Numbered from the stretch's first letter, positions 40,101 through 50,474 are shown. The stretch is DNA of 64,000 nucleotides from an uncultured Gemmatimonadaceae bacterium (GCA_963822945.1 CAWGJO010000020.1:416001-480000), one strand, 5' to 3'. A program made the numbers and translations. The notes: a model not told the origin generated them from the sequence alone.

Positions 40101-40333
40101 GGCGGGCGGCACGATCTTCCTGTTGCTGGAAGACGAGTGGGGGTTCGTGAACGTGGTGGTGCACAAGAGTCTGGTGGAGGCGAACGAAGAAGTCGTGAAA
40201 AGGGCGCAGTTCGTGCTCGTACAGGGGCGGTTGGAGAAGGATTCGGGGGCGATGAATATCGTGGGGCGGAGGTTCCGGGAACTGACGGTGGGGGAGGGGA
40301 CAGTTCGTGCACCGGGCGCATGAGTTCAGGTAG
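37159..40333 (+). CDS. dnaE2: Error-prone DNA polymerase DnaE2 (ImuC); probable 1-nt indel near the 3' end
   Basis: PHP domain, GRGSAANS, PDIDVDFEH, KFDFLGLG, NYGFPESH, RQRPSTAGG; as given stops at 40323, but HRAHEFR* ends at 40333 in the shifted frame. Confidence 0.93.
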
Positions 40334-40393
40334 TTTCCCTCGAACCACGTCGCACCTACGCGACGGTTCGCGCCCTTGGTCGCCGCCGCCCGA

Positions 40394-41227
40394 TCAACTG
40401 AGCTGAACGGGCCCGAATTCGACCGTGTGACCGAGCGACGGGATGCGCCCGCGTGCCTTCGTGACCTCGTCGACGTCGATCTCGGCAATCACGACGCCGG
40501 GCTCCTCACCGCCCTCCGCGAGCACGCGTCCCCACGGATCGACGATCAGAGAGTGGCCGAAGGTCTCGCGGCCGTTTTCGTGTTTGCCGCCTTGCGCCGG
40601 CGCGATCACGAAGCAGCCCGTCTCGATCGCCCGCGCACGAAGCAGCACATGCCAATGCGCCTGGCCGGTGACCCTGGTGAAGGCGGAAGGAACGGCCAGA
40701 ACACTCGCGCCGGCTCTCGCCAGCGCACGATAGAGATCGGGAAAACGCAGATCGTAACAGATGCTCATGCCGAGCTTGCCCCACGGCAGGCTGGCCACGA
40801 CCGCACGGGTCCCCGGTTCGAAGTTTGCCGACTCCCGGTACTGCTCCTGTTCGGAGACGACCACGTCGAACATGTGAATCTTGTCATAGCGCGCTGCAAC
40901 GCCGCCATCAGGCGCGATGAGACAGGACCGGTTGAAGAAGCGCCCGCCGTCGGCCAGGACGGGCATCCCCCCGATCAGCACCCAGCATCCGAGCTCCTTG
41001 CTCAGATCCTGGAACGCGCGCAACGTCGGGTTGTCTCCCGTGTCGGGATGGAGCTGCGCGCGCAGGCGCCCGCGATCCTCCTCCATGATCGTCGTGTATT
41101 CCGGCGTTGCGATGAAGTCGGCGCCTGCCGCGCGCGCCTCGCGAATCAGCCCACTCGCCACATGGACGTTCTCTGCGACATCGCGCGAGGAGCGCATCTG
41201 AACACAGGCAGCCTTGAATACGGTCAT
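40394..41227 (-). CDS. Carbon-nitrogen hydrolase (Nit1 / deaminated glutathione amidase-like)
   Basis: TPE, YDKIHMFDV, ICYDLRFP, TGQAHW, ARAIE. Confidence 0.92.
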   Translation of the reverse strand: MTVFKAACVQMRSSRDVAENVHVASGLIREARAAGADFIATPEYTTIMEEDRGRLRAQLHPDTGDNPTLRAFQDLSKELGCWVLIGGMPVLADGGRFFNRSCLIAPDGGVAARYDKIHMFDVVVSEQEQYRESANFEPGTRAVVASLPWGKLGMSICYDLRFPDLYRALARAGASVLAVPSAFTRVTGQAHWHVLLRARAIETGCFVIAPAQGGKHENGRETFGHSLIVDPWGRVLAEGGEEPGVVIAEIDVDEVTKARGRIPSLGHTVEFGPVQLS

Positions 41228-41414
41228 GAGGTCCAACCCGGTTGAGTCGGCGTATCGAGGCACGGGTCAGCAGCGACCTGAACTTCGGCTTCGCCAAGAA
41301 CATAACCCAGGCGGCGCGACGCGCATCCTCGCCTTCATCATCGGGGCCACAGTGATCGGTCGGATCCTGATGCACTTCCGCGGTTCCGCTTCCTATCCCT
41401 CGTACCGCCGCATC

Positions 41415-42347
41415 TCACGCCGGACGCCGAAACTGCGCGCACGGATCGGGGCGTTCGGACCGCGGCGTGATGATGACGATGTCGTACATCCGCCGCTCGG
41501 AGGCCGCGGGCGGCCCGCCATCCTTGTCGCGCTCGAGGATGCCCACGGTCAGCACGCGCGCGTTCGGCGCGGCGACACGCAGCAGCCGCGGCACCGCCAC
41601 ATCGTTGCGCACATGGCCGTTGCCGGCAATGAGCCAGGCGGGGCCGTCCCGGCCGGCAAGCAGCAGCGCGTGGGTCATCGCGGCATCGCGGACGATCTGG
41701 GCCGCGCGCATGCCGGGAATCATCTCGGCCGGAAGCTGATGGCAATGACCCTCCACCAACTCGCTGTCGAGCACGGCTCGCGCGTCCGCGCCGAGCGGCG
41801 CCTGCTGCATGAGCGGGCGCAATGTGGCCGGCACGGTGCTGTCGGCTCCCCCGCCCATCACGACCGGCATGAGGGCCTGACGAGACACATTGGCGCCCCA
41901 CATGCTGCGCGCGTGCGCGATCGCGGCAAGCACCACCGGTCTGTGCAACGGCCATTGCCAGCCCTTCCGGTCGAAGCCGTGCGCGTCCAGCCACGACTCG
42001 AGGCTGTCGCCCGGTGAGGGGGGCGCGATCGGCGTCTCGGCGTCCGCGAACTGCTCGAACACGATCGCCGGATGGAGCGCGGCCAGCGCGTCGATGAGCC
42101 GGCCGCGCAACTCGTGATCGATGGCGTTGTCGTGGACCTCGCCGAGCAGCACATAGTCCGACCGGCTGATGCGGTCCAGCAGCGTCGCCGTGGCGACGGG
42201 CCGGCCGCTCGGGCCGTCCACGATCTCGGTGGCCGCGCTCAGCGCGAACGGCGCGGGGGCGGGGGCGGGGGCGGGGGCGGGGGCGGTCCGGGGTCCCGCG
42301 CACGCAGCGAACAGCAAGATCGGGATCGTTCGAATGGCGCTTTTCAT
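41415..42347 (-). CDS. ChaN family lipoprotein
   Basis: FAAC lipobox, VLLGEVHDN, EGHC, AQIVRDAAM, AGNGHVR. Confidence 0.85.
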   Translation of the reverse strand: MKSAIRTIPILLFAACAGPRTAPAPAPAPAPAPFALSAATEIVDGPSGRPVATATLLDRISRSDYVLLGEVHDNAIDHELRGRLIDALAALHPAIVFEQFADAETPIAPPSPGDSLESWLDAHGFDRKGWQWPLHRPVVLAAIAHARSMWGANVSRQALMPVVMGGGADSTVPATLRPLMQQAPLGADARAVLDSELVEGHCHQLPAEMIPGMRAAQIVRDAAMTHALLLAGRDGPAWLIAGNGHVRNDVAVPRLLRVAAPNARVLTVGILERDKDGGPPAASERRMYDIVIITPRSERPDPCAQFRRPA

Positions 42348-42519
42348 GCCATGAAGATAGTCGGCCGGCTCGAAGGACGGATCTGACGGCGCCGCGCCGG
42401 ACCGGGACGATATCCCGGGTCTTACGCTCGCCAAAATTCGCGTATCATATTGAAACGGGCCGTCGGCGCCATGCGCTCACGGCCACTCCAGACCCGTACC
42501 ACCGAACGAGGACTTCACC

Positions 42520-43086
42520 ATGTCCCGGCGCCTGATCACCGCGGCGTTCGTCGCCAGCTTCGCCGCACTCTCCACCGCCTCAGCGCAGAAGACCGCCATG
42601 TTCACACTCACGAGTCCCGACATCAAAGCCGGCCAGACGATTCCCATGAAGCACGTCTTCAAGGGCATGACCTGCACCGGCGAGAACATCTCCCCGGCGC
42701 TCTCCTGGTCCGGCGCGCCCGCCGGCACCAAGAGCTACGCGATCACCGTGTACGATCCCGACGCCCCCACCGGCAGCGGCTGGTGGCACTGGGTGGTATA
42801 CAACATCCCGGGCAACGTCACCTCGCTGCCGGCCGGTGCCGGCGACGCGGGCGGCAAGGGAATGCCGGCGGGCGCGTCGCAGGGGAACACCGACTTCGGC
42901 TCCGCGGGCTACGGCGGCCCCTGCCCGCCCAAGGGTGACAAGCCGCACCACTACCATTTCACCGTGTACGCACTCGACGTCGCGCATCTCGACATTCCCG
43001 CCGGCGTGACGGCGGCGAACGTCGGCTTCAATCTGCACTTCCACACGCTCGCCAAAGCGGAGTTGGTCGCGCTGTTCGGGCGGTAG
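42520..43086 (+). CDS. YbhB/YbcL (PEBP/RKIP-like) periplasmic protein
   Basis: Signal peptide, DPDAPTGSGWWHW, GPCPP, HHYHFTVYAL. Confidence 0.92.
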   Translation: MSRRLITAAFVASFAALSTASAQKTAMFTLTSPDIKAGQTIPMKHVFKGMTCTGENISPALSWSGAPAGTKSYAITVYDPDAPTGSGWWHWVVYNIPGNVTSLPAGAGDAGGKGMPAGASQGNTDFGSAGYGGPCPPKGDKPHHYHFTVYALDVAHLDIPAGVTAANVGFNLHFHTLAKAELVALFGR

Positions 43087-43103
43087 CTCCCGCGCATCAC
43101 GCG

Positions 43104-43140
43104 AGCGGCCGCGTCGTCCACAACGGACGGCGCGGCCGCT
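43104..43140 (+). terminator. GC-rich hairpin after ybcL-like gene
   Basis: agcggccgcgtcgtcc / ggacggcgcggccgct; no U-tract. Confidence 0.5.
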
Positions 43141-43205
43141 CGTCTATCGCTCCGCGCCGGGCGCGCTAAGTTCTACGCGTTCGTCCCACCTCGGAGAAAC
43201 CGCCG

Positions 43206-45146
43206 ATGCTCTGCCACCGCGCCCTTCGCCTCGCCCCCCTCCTCGCCCCGGTGTTGCTCGCCGCGCCCCTCGCCGCCCAGCAGCAGCATCTGGTGAACGA
43301 GACCCCCGCCCACTTCACCACGCCCGACTCGGCGTGGAACTATACGCGCCGCGACGTCATGATCCCGATGCGCGACGGAGTGAAGCTCCACACGGTGATC
43401 CTGATTCCCAAGGGCGCGCACAACGCGCCGATCCTGCTCACGCGCACACCGTACGACGCCAACGCCACCACCACGTACGCGCACAGCGCGCACCTGGGCC
43501 CCAACCTCAACGGCTACGACAACGCGTGGGACGTCATCATCCCCGGCGGCTACATCCGCGTGGTGCAGGATATCCGCGGCAAGTACGGCTCCGAGGGCGA
43601 GTACGTCATGAACCGCCCACTCGTCGGGCCGCTCAACGACACCAAGGTCGATGAGTCGACGGACACGTACGACACCATCGACTGGCTGGTGAAGAACCTC
43701 CCGATGTCGAACGGCCGCGTCGGCGAACTCGGCATCTCGTACGACGGATTCGAGCCGCTGATGGGCCTGGTCAATCCGCACCCGGCGCTCAAGGTCAGCG
43801 TCCCCATGAACCCGATGGTGGACGGCTGGATGGGTGACGACTGGTTCCACCACGGCGCCTTCCGCGAGCAGAACATGCCCTACGTGCTCGAGCAGGAAGC
43901 CACGCGCGACAACTCGGTGCACTGGTGGACCGACGCCTTCGACGACTACGACGTCTACATGAAGTACGGCAGCGCCGGCGCGCTGGGTGCTTCGCGCGGC
44001 ATGCAGCAGGTCGGCTTCTGGAACCAGATCCTCGCCCACCCCAGCTACGACCGGTGGTGGCAGCTGCAGGCCATGGACAGCATCCTCGCCAAGCAGCCGC
44101 TCAAGGTGCCGACCATGATCGTCCACTCGCTCTGGGATCAGGAAGACATCTACGGCGCGCTCGCGGTCTACCGCGCCATCAAGCCCAAGGACGTCAACAA
44201 CGACATGGTCTACCTGACCATGGGTCCCTGGCACCACGGGCAGGAAATCGAGGACGGCAGCTCGCTGGGCGCCATCAAGTTCCCCACCAACACGTCGTAC
44301 GATTTCCAGACGCAGATCCTCGGCCCCTTCCTGGCCAAGTACCTCAAGGACAGCACGCCCGCCGAGCCCGTGGCGCCGGTGAACGCGTACCTCACGGGCG
44401 CCGACCGGTGGGAGCGGCTGCAGAGCTGGCCCTCCGGCTGTGCCAGCGGATGCAAGCCCACGCCGACGCCACTCTATCTCGAGGCCAACAACAAGGTCGG
44501 GTTCAGCGCGCCCGCGGCGAGCGCCAACGGCACCGACTCGTACGTCTCCGATCCGAACAAGCCGGTGCCCTTCCGGCCGCGCCCCTCGCAGCCCATCGGC
44601 TACGACCTGCCGCTCACCTGGCCGCAGTGGCTGGTGGACGATCAGCGCCCGGCGTCCGGACGTACCGACGTGCTGACCTACGAATCCGACGTGCTCACGT
44701 CACCGGTGCAGATCAGCGGCGAGCCGATCGCCAATCTGGTCGCGGCCACCACCGGGACCGACGCCGATTGGGTGGTGAAGTTGATCGACGTGTATCCGCC
44801 GGAAGTCGGCAACGACCCGCCGATGGGCGGCTACGAACTGGCAGTGTCGATGGACATCTTCCGCGGGCGGTACCGCACGAGCTATTCCAACCCGCAGCCG
44901 ATCACACCGAACACGCCGCTCACCTACAAGTTCCCGCTCCCCACGGCCAACCACGTCTTCCTGCCCGGCCACCGGATCATGGTCCAGATCCAGTCGAGCT
45001 GGTTCCCACTCTACGACCGCAACCCGCAGACGTTCGTGCCGAACATCTTCTGGGCCAAGCCGAGTGACTACCGGAAGGCGACGATGACGGTGTACCACGA
45101 GCCGGGGCATGAGTCGTACGTCGAGCTTCCGGTCGTGAAGAGGTGA
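43206..45146 (+). CDS. CocE/NonD family alpha-amino acid ester hydrolase
   Basis: Signal peptide, MRDGVKL, LTRTPY, QDIRG, GISYDG, GDDWFH, DQED, GPWHH. Confidence 0.9.
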   Translation: MLCHRALRLAPLLAPVLLAAPLAAQQQHLVNETPAHFTTPDSAWNYTRRDVMIPMRDGVKLHTVILIPKGAHNAPILLTRTPYDANATTTYAHSAHLGPNLNGYDNAWDVIIPGGYIRVVQDIRGKYGSEGEYVMNRPLVGPLNDTKVDESTDTYDTIDWLVKNLPMSNGRVGELGISYDGFEPLMGLVNPHPALKVSVPMNPMVDGWMGDDWFHHGAFREQNMPYVLEQEATRDNSVHWWTDAFDDYDVYMKYGSAGALGASRGMQQVGFWNQILAHPSYDRWWQLQAMDSILAKQPLKVPTMIVHSLWDQEDIYGALAVYRAIKPKDVNNDMVYLTMGPWHHGQEIEDGSSLGAIKFPTNTSYDFQTQILGPFLAKYLKDSTPAEPVAPVNAYLTGADRWERLQSWPSGCASGCKPTPTPLYLEANNKVGFSAPAASANGTDSYVSDPNKPVPFRPRPSQPIGYDLPLTWPQWLVDDQRPASGRTDVLTYESDVLTSPVQISGEPIANLVAATTGTDADWVVKLIDVYPPEVGNDPPMGGYELAVSMDIFRGRYRTSYSNPQPITPNTPLTYKFPLPTANHVFLPGHRIMVQIQSSWFPLYDRNPQTFVPNIFWAKPSDYRKATMTVYHEPGHESYVELPVVKR

Positions 45147-45154
45147 TGGGGCAG

Positions 45155-45206
45155 TTGTCGGTCTGTCCGACTGTCTGATTGTCGGACAGTCGGACAGTCG
45201 GACAGA
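45155..45206. repeat. CAGTCGGA octamer repeats arranged as an inverted pair between convergent genes
   Basis: tctgtccgactgtctga pairs with tcggacagtcggacaga (one G-U). Confidence 0.8.
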
Positions 45207-45210
45207 GAAA

Positions 45211-45594
45211 CTACGTGACTGCGTCCACCTCGATTTCCACCAGCAGCGCCGGCTCCACCAACGCGCTCACCTGCACCAGCGTGGCCGCAGGGCGAATGTC
45301 CGCGAACACTTCGCCCTGCGCCCGCGCCACCTCGGTCCACCACGAGATGTCGGTGACGAAGGTGCGCACGCGCACCACGTCCCGCAGCGAGGCCCCCGCC
45401 TCGGCGAGCGCCTTCGCGATCTTGTCGTAGACGAAGCGGGCCTGGCGATACGGATCGCCCTCCCCCACCACCCTGCCCGCGTCGTCCACGGCGGTGGTGC
45501 CCGCGACGTGTACCGTGTTTCCCACCCGCACGGCACGGCTGTAGCCGTAGAGCTTCTCCCACTTGGTGCCCGACGAGATCAGTTGCCTGGTCAT
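45211..45594 (-). CDS. RidA/YjgF family protein
   Basis: GYSRAVRVG, VAGTT, IRPAATLV, LVEIEVDA. Confidence 0.92.
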   Translation of the reverse strand: MTRQLISSGTKWEKLYGYSRAVRVGNTVHVAGTTAVDDAGRVVGEGDPYRQARFVYDKIAKALAEAGASLRDVVRVRTFVTDISWWTEVARAQGEVFADIRPAATLVQVSALVEPALLVEIEVDAVT

Positions 45595-45643
45595 GCGTTC
45601 GAGTTCCTGGGTAGAGGGTCCCGCGCTGCGGGCCGGCAACTCG

Positions 45644-46111
45644 TCACCTGGCCGGCTTCAGCTTCGACTCGTACTTGCCCGGTTCGGTTCGCGCCGAGAT
45701 GGCCAGTCGATTCCACGCATTGATCGTCGCGACCGCAAAGGTGAGATCGGCCAACTCCTTCTCGCTGAATTGCGGCTTCACGGCGTCGTACACGAGATCG
45801 TCCACCTGCCCGCCGGCAACGAGCGTCACCGCCTCCGTCCACATCAACGCCGCCCGCTCGCGGTCCGTGTAGTATGGACTCTCGCGCCACGCGTCCAACC
45901 CGTACAGGCGCTGCTCGGTTTCGCCGATGGCGCGCAGGTCCTTCCAGTGCATGTCGATACAGTAGGCGCACTCGTTGATCTGCGATGCCCGGAGTTTGAT
46001 GAGGTGCAACAGCGGCTCCTCGATCGAGCACTCGTGCAGATATTTCTCCATGCCCGTCATCGCATGGTAGATGCCGGGCGCCGTCGGCCCATAGTTGAAA
46101 CGCGGCTGCAA
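45644..46111 (-). CDS. AhpD/carboxymuconolactone decarboxylase family protein
   Basis: RASQINECAYCIDMH, INAWNRL; TTG start after GGAGG. Confidence 0.9.
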   Translation of the reverse strand: MQPRFNYGPTAPGIYHAMTGMEKYLHECSIEEPLLHLIKLRASQINECAYCIDMHWKDLRAIGETEQRLYGLDAWRESPYYTDRERAALMWTEAVTLVAGGQVDDLVYDAVKPQFSEKELADLTFAVATINAWNRLAISARTEPGKYESKLKPAR

Positions 46112-46356
46112 GAATCCTCCGACTCGGTGGTCTCGTGCGTGCGGGGGTATTCTCACAGTAATGGGTCGGGAAATTCCCCGGACCCGCACTTCGGCCGCCC
46201 GCGCGAGACCCGGCACCGGCGCTGGCGCGGGCACCGGCTTTCACCCCGCGCTCACTCGGGCCTGGGACGCTGGCTGCCCCAGCCGGTCGCACGTAGCTTG
46301 CAGGCATCATGCCTTCGGGACGCGACCTTGTCCCATGAACCGTCGTCCGCACCGAT

Positions 46357-47361
46357 GTGATGTCCGTTCAATTCCGCAGGCGCCCGAGGATCGGAATTCC
46401 CGGCTGGACCGTGATGATCGGTCTCGCCGCCGCGTGCGCCGGCACCGGACCGCCGCGATCCCCCATCGACCGGCCCCCCGCCCCGGCGGAGCGGGCCTGC
46501 CCACTCGTCGCCGACAGTGCAGCGTCCGCCGCCGACACCATCCACTTCGTCGCCGAGCCGCAGGGCGCAGCCGCCGCCGGCATGTCGCTCGTCGCCTGCA
46601 CGGATACCGTCGCAACCGCGTCGCCGGTGGTCGACTCGCTGGCCATCCCGCGCGGAGCGGACCTCCGGGACCTGCTCGACCGCGGCCGTCCCGCCGCGGG
46701 CTCGCCGCGCGTCGACGTGCTCGTCACCCGTGACCCCGACGTGCTCTCGTACGCGGCGCAACTCGGGACCTACCGCAGCGTGGCCCTGCCCTGGGATCGC
46801 ACGTACACCCTGGTGGCCCCGCACCTCGATTCGGCGATCGCGAGTCCCAGCATGGAACAGCGCGACGCGCTGGCCCGCGACGCCGTGCAGGCCGACGCGC
46901 GCGGCGCGCAACCTCCGTTCTGGTGGGACACCGACACCACCTGCGCCACCGGCACGCCCCGGTACTCCGTCGGCGCGCCGCGAATCGTGGGCTACCCGGC
47001 CGACGATCCGATCGCCCGCCAGCTCGCCGAGCGAATCGTCGCGCTGGCCTCGGCGCACGACACCCCGCCGTGGATTCCGTCCACGCTTTCGTCGCCCACT
47101 GCGGGCCCGCTGCGCACGGTGGGCCTGGCTCCCACCGGCTTGAACGACGCCCTCGCGTCGGGACAGGTGGCGGCGTTCGTCACCGCCCTTCCGCGCCAGC
47201 AACCGGCGACATGCAATCCGGCAACGCGCGTCCCGGCGGGCGCCACCCTGGTGCCGCTCGTCGACTCACGCGCCCACGCGCTGATGCGGCGCGGCAGCGG
47301 CGCGGCGTTCTACATCGAGGGTGACGGGACGCTCCGCTTCGTGTCCACCCGGACGCCATGA
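46357..47361 (+). CDS. Hypothetical lipoprotein, possibly solute-binding-like accessory sensor
   Basis: LAAAC lipobox; stop overlaps kinase ATG. Confidence 0.65.
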   Translation: MMSVQFRRRPRIGIPGWTVMIGLAAACAGTGPPRSPIDRPPAPAERACPLVADSAASAADTIHFVAEPQGAAAAGMSLVACTDTVATASPVVDSLAIPRGADLRDLLDRGRPAAGSPRVDVLVTRDPDVLSYAAQLGTYRSVALPWDRTYTLVAPHLDSAIASPSMEQRDALARDAVQADARGAQPPFWWDTDTTCATGTPRYSVGAPRIVGYPADDPIARQLAERIVALASAHDTPPWIPSTLSSPTAGPLRTVGLAPTGLNDALASGQVAAFVTALPRQQPATCNPATRVPAGATLVPLVDSRAHALMRRGSGAAFYIEGDGTLRFVSTRTP

Positions 47362-49010
47362 GCTTTCGCGTCCGCCTGACGCTCGCCTTCGGCGCCATCG
47401 CCCTCGTTCCGCTCCTGGTATTCGGCTACGGCGTGCGCCGCGAGATGACGTCGCGTCTGGACGCCGAGTCGGCACGGCGACTGGCCGCGGTGACCGACGC
47501 CGTGAACGCCGATCTGTCGCAAACGATCGCCGCCGACCAGGCTCGACTCCGCTCGTTGGCAACCGAGCTTGCCGCCGACAACCGGTTCCGGCTCGCCATT
47601 GCCAGCCCCGCCTCGAGCGAGCGACGGTGGCTGCTCGATTGGGCACCCGCCTCGATGCAGCTCGGCGGGTTCGCCATGCTCCAACTGCAGGACAGCACGG
47701 GCCGCATTCTCAGTTCGGGGCAGTTCCGCAACGACTTCGACCGCATGGACCCCGCGCTGCCGGCTGCCGTCATGGCGTCGCCCAGCGGCGCCGCCGTGGT
47801 CTCGGTGCGGACGCCCGACGGATCGGTACGCGCGCTTGCGAGCCTCGACACCTTCTCCGTGTCCGGCCGCACCTTCTCGCTGGTCGGTGGACGCGCCTTC
47901 GATTCGACGCGCGTGGCGCGGCTGTCTCCCGATCGTGAGATCGGCGTCACCCTGCTGCTCGGCGACGCACCGCGCCCCGGCAATGCCGCGGCCGACGTCG
48001 CCCTTCCCTACTTCGAGGACCAGGCGACATCGGCCCCCGACACCGCGCACTTGGTGCTGCTGCAGGATCTCGGTCCCACGCGCGACCTCAAGCAGGGCGT
48101 GAATCGGTGGCTGCTCGTCACGCTGGGCAGCACGCTCCTCGCTGCCTTTCTGTTCGCGGCCCTGCTCGCGCGGCAGGTGTCGCGGCCGCTGGCCGAGCTG
48201 GCCGACAAGACCGCGCGGCTCGATCTCGACCGGCTGAACCAGACCTTCGCCACCGACCGGCACGACGAGATCGGCACGCTGTCGCGCATGCTGGACGCCA
48301 TGCGCACGCGGCTCCGCACCGGCGCGGCGCGCCTGCGCGAGACCGAGCGGCTGGCCGCCACCGGCGACCTGGCGCGGCAGATCAATCACGACATCAAGAA
48401 CGGGCTGGCGCCCATCCGCAACGTGCTGCGGCACCTGTCGCAGACCGCGGAGCGCGAACCCGATACGCTCGCCTCGATCTACCTGGAGCGGCGCGGCACC
48501 CTGGAGTCGAGCGTCGACTATCTGGACGAGCTCGCCCGCAACTACGCGCGCATCTCACCGGCGCTCAGCCGCACGGCGTCCGACCCGCGCCAGGTGGTGC
48601 TCGACGTCGCCCAGAGCGTCACCGCGGCGCCGGTGGAAGTCCACGTTCCCGATGCGCTCCCGCGCATCCGTGCCGACGCCGTGGTGCTGCGCCGGATTCT
48701 CGACAACCTGGTTTCGAACGCCGTCGATGCGCTCGACGGGGAACGGGGCTCGATATCGCTCACCGCCGAGCCGGTGGGCCAGGGCACCGAGCGCCGCGTG
48801 CGGTTCATCGTGTCCGACACCGGCCGCGGCATGACGCGCCAGCAGCTCGACCGCGCGTTCGACGACTTCTACACCACCAAACCAACCGGCACGGGCCTCG
48901 GCCTGTCCGTGGTCCGGCGCCTGCTCACGGATCTCGGGGGTTCGATCCGGGTGGAGACCGCGCCGGGTGAGGGCAGTACATTCACGATCGAGATTCCCGC
49001 CAGTGGATGA
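47358..49010 (+). CDS. HAMP-domain sensor histidine kinase (NtrY-like)
   Basis: Two TM helices, DEIGTL HAMP, NHDIKNGL H-box, NLVSNA, DTGRG, GTGLGL. Confidence 0.92.
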   Translation: MSFRVRLTLAFGAIALVPLLVFGYGVRREMTSRLDAESARRLAAVTDAVNADLSQTIAADQARLRSLATELAADNRFRLAIASPASSERRWLLDWAPASMQLGGFAMLQLQDSTGRILSSGQFRNDFDRMDPALPAAVMASPSGAAVVSVRTPDGSVRALASLDTFSVSGRTFSLVGGRAFDSTRVARLSPDREIGVTLLLGDAPRPGNAAADVALPYFEDQATSAPDTAHLVLLQDLGPTRDLKQGVNRWLLVTLGSTLLAAFLFAALLARQVSRPLAELADKTARLDLDRLNQTFATDRHDEIGTLSRMLDAMRTRLRTGAARLRETERLAATGDLARQINHDIKNGLAPIRNVLRHLSQTAEREPDTLASIYLERRGTLESSVDYLDELARNYARISPALSRTASDPRQVVLDVAQSVTAAPVEVHVPDALPRIRADAVVLRRILDNLVSNAVDALDGERGSISLTAEPVGQGTERRVRFIVSDTGRGMTRQQLDRAFDDFYTTKPTGTGLGLSVVRRLLTDLGGSIRVETAPGEGSTFTIEIPASG

Positions 49011-50380
49011 ATGCCAACCGTGAGCCGATGAGCGCTATCCTCGTTGTCGACGACGTCGCCGCACTGGCCGAGCAGTACGCCTATGACCTCAAGCGCATCG
49101 GCGGGCACGACGTGTCGGTGGCCACCGGCGGGGCCGAGGCGCTCGATCTGCTCCAGTCCACGCACGTCGATTGCATGATTCTCGACCTCGAGATGCCCGG
49201 CATGGACGGCTTCGAGGTGCTGCGCACGCTGAAGCACCGCGGCAGCGAGACGCCGGTGATCGTGTACACCGGAACCGGCAACTTCGACCGGTGCATCGAA
49301 GCCATCCGGCTGGGGGCCGCGGGATTCATCGACAAGGCCGAGCCCATGGAGCGCGTGGCGCAGGAGGTGGAGCACGCCATCGAGCGCTTCCGCCTGCGGC
49401 GCGAGGTGTTCGCCCTGCAGAACCGGCTGGGTGAATCGACCCTGCTCGGCCGGAGCGCAGCCATGGATCAGCTGCGCGACGCCATCGGCCGCGTGGCGCC
49501 GATCCCGAGCGCCGTGCTCATCGTGGGCGAGAGCGGGACGGGCAAGGAGCTCGTGGCCCGCGAACTCCACCGGCTCGGCGCCAATCCGAGCGGGCCGTTC
49601 GTCGCCATCAACGCCGCGGCGCTGCCCGAGAATCTGGTGGAGAGCGAACTGTTCGGACATGAGAAGGGCGCGTTCACCGGCGCCGCCGGCGTGCGCAAGG
49701 GCGCTTTCGAGTCGGCGGAGAACGGAACGTTGTTCCTGGACGAGATCGGCGAACTTCCCGCCGCGGTGCAGCCGAAGCTCCTGCGCGTGCTCGAACAGCA
49801 CACCGTGACGCGGTTGGGCAGCAGCCGTGCGCTGCCGGTGAACGCGCGCGTGGTGGCGGCCACCCTGCGCGATCTCGACCAACTCGTGAAGGAGGGCACC
49901 TTCCGCGAGGATCTCCTCTACCGGCTCAACGTGCATGTGCTCCGTGTACCGCCGCTGCGCGATCGCCGCGAGGACGTGCCGCTGCTCGCCGAGCGCTTCG
50001 TGGGGGAGACGTGCAGCCGGTTCGGCGTCCTGCCCAAGCGGCTGGCGCCCGACGCGCGCGAGGCGCTGGTGCAGTACGACTGGCGCCGCAACAACGTGCG
50101 CGAACTGCGCAACGTGATCGAACGCAGCGTCGTCGCCGCCGACGGCGAGGTGATCCGGCGCGAGCACCTTCCGGCGGAGATCCGCGGCGAGACGGCCGCC
50201 GCGCCGGACCCCGGTGACGGGTCGTTCCAGGCCCAGCGCACCGACGCCGAGCGCCGCATCGTGATCGCGGCGCTGGAGCGCCACGATTGGCAGATCACGC
50301 GTACCGCCGAGGCGCTCGGGCTGGCCGATCACGCGAGCTTGCTGAAGATCATGCGGCGACTGGGAATTCAGCGAGGGTAG
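49007..50380 (+). CDS. Sigma54-dependent response regulator (NtrC family)
   Basis: VVDD, LDLEMP, GESGTGKE, GAFTGA, FLDEIGE, FREDLLYRLNV, C-terminal HTH. Confidence 0.95.
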   Translation: MNANREPMSAILVVDDVAALAEQYAYDLKRIGGHDVSVATGGAEALDLLQSTHVDCMILDLEMPGMDGFEVLRTLKHRGSETPVIVYTGTGNFDRCIEAIRLGAAGFIDKAEPMERVAQEVEHAIERFRLRREVFALQNRLGESTLLGRSAAMDQLRDAIGRVAPIPSAVLIVGESGTGKELVARELHRLGANPSGPFVAINAAALPENLVESELFGHEKGAFTGAAGVRKGAFESAENGTLFLDEIGELPAAVQPKLLRVLEQHTVTRLGSSRALPVNARVVAATLRDLDQLVKEGTFREDLLYRLNVHVLRVPPLRDRREDVPLLAERFVGETCSRFGVLPKRLAPDAREALVQYDWRRNNVRELRNVIERSVVAADGEVIRREHLPAEIRGETAAAPDPGDGSFQAQRTDAERRIVIAALERHDWQITRTAEALGLADHASLLKIMRRLGIQRG

Positions 50381-50419
50381 GTCGCGCTCGGCCCGTCCGG
50401 TGCGCACCGGCACAACACA

Positions 50420-50467
50420 GTCGAGAGTGTTCAGTCGACTGTCGCCGGTCCACTGAACACTCTCGAC
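50420..50467 (+). terminator. Hairpin after response regulator
   Basis: 16-bp perfect stem gtcgagagtgttcagt / actgaacactctcgac. Confidence 0.65.
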
Positions 50468-50474
50468 CGCGGTT

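Noticed and set aside
46287..46302. TCGCACGTAGCTTGCA as sigma54 promoter of the lipoprotein-kinase operon
   Set aside because: Lacks the invariant GG at -24
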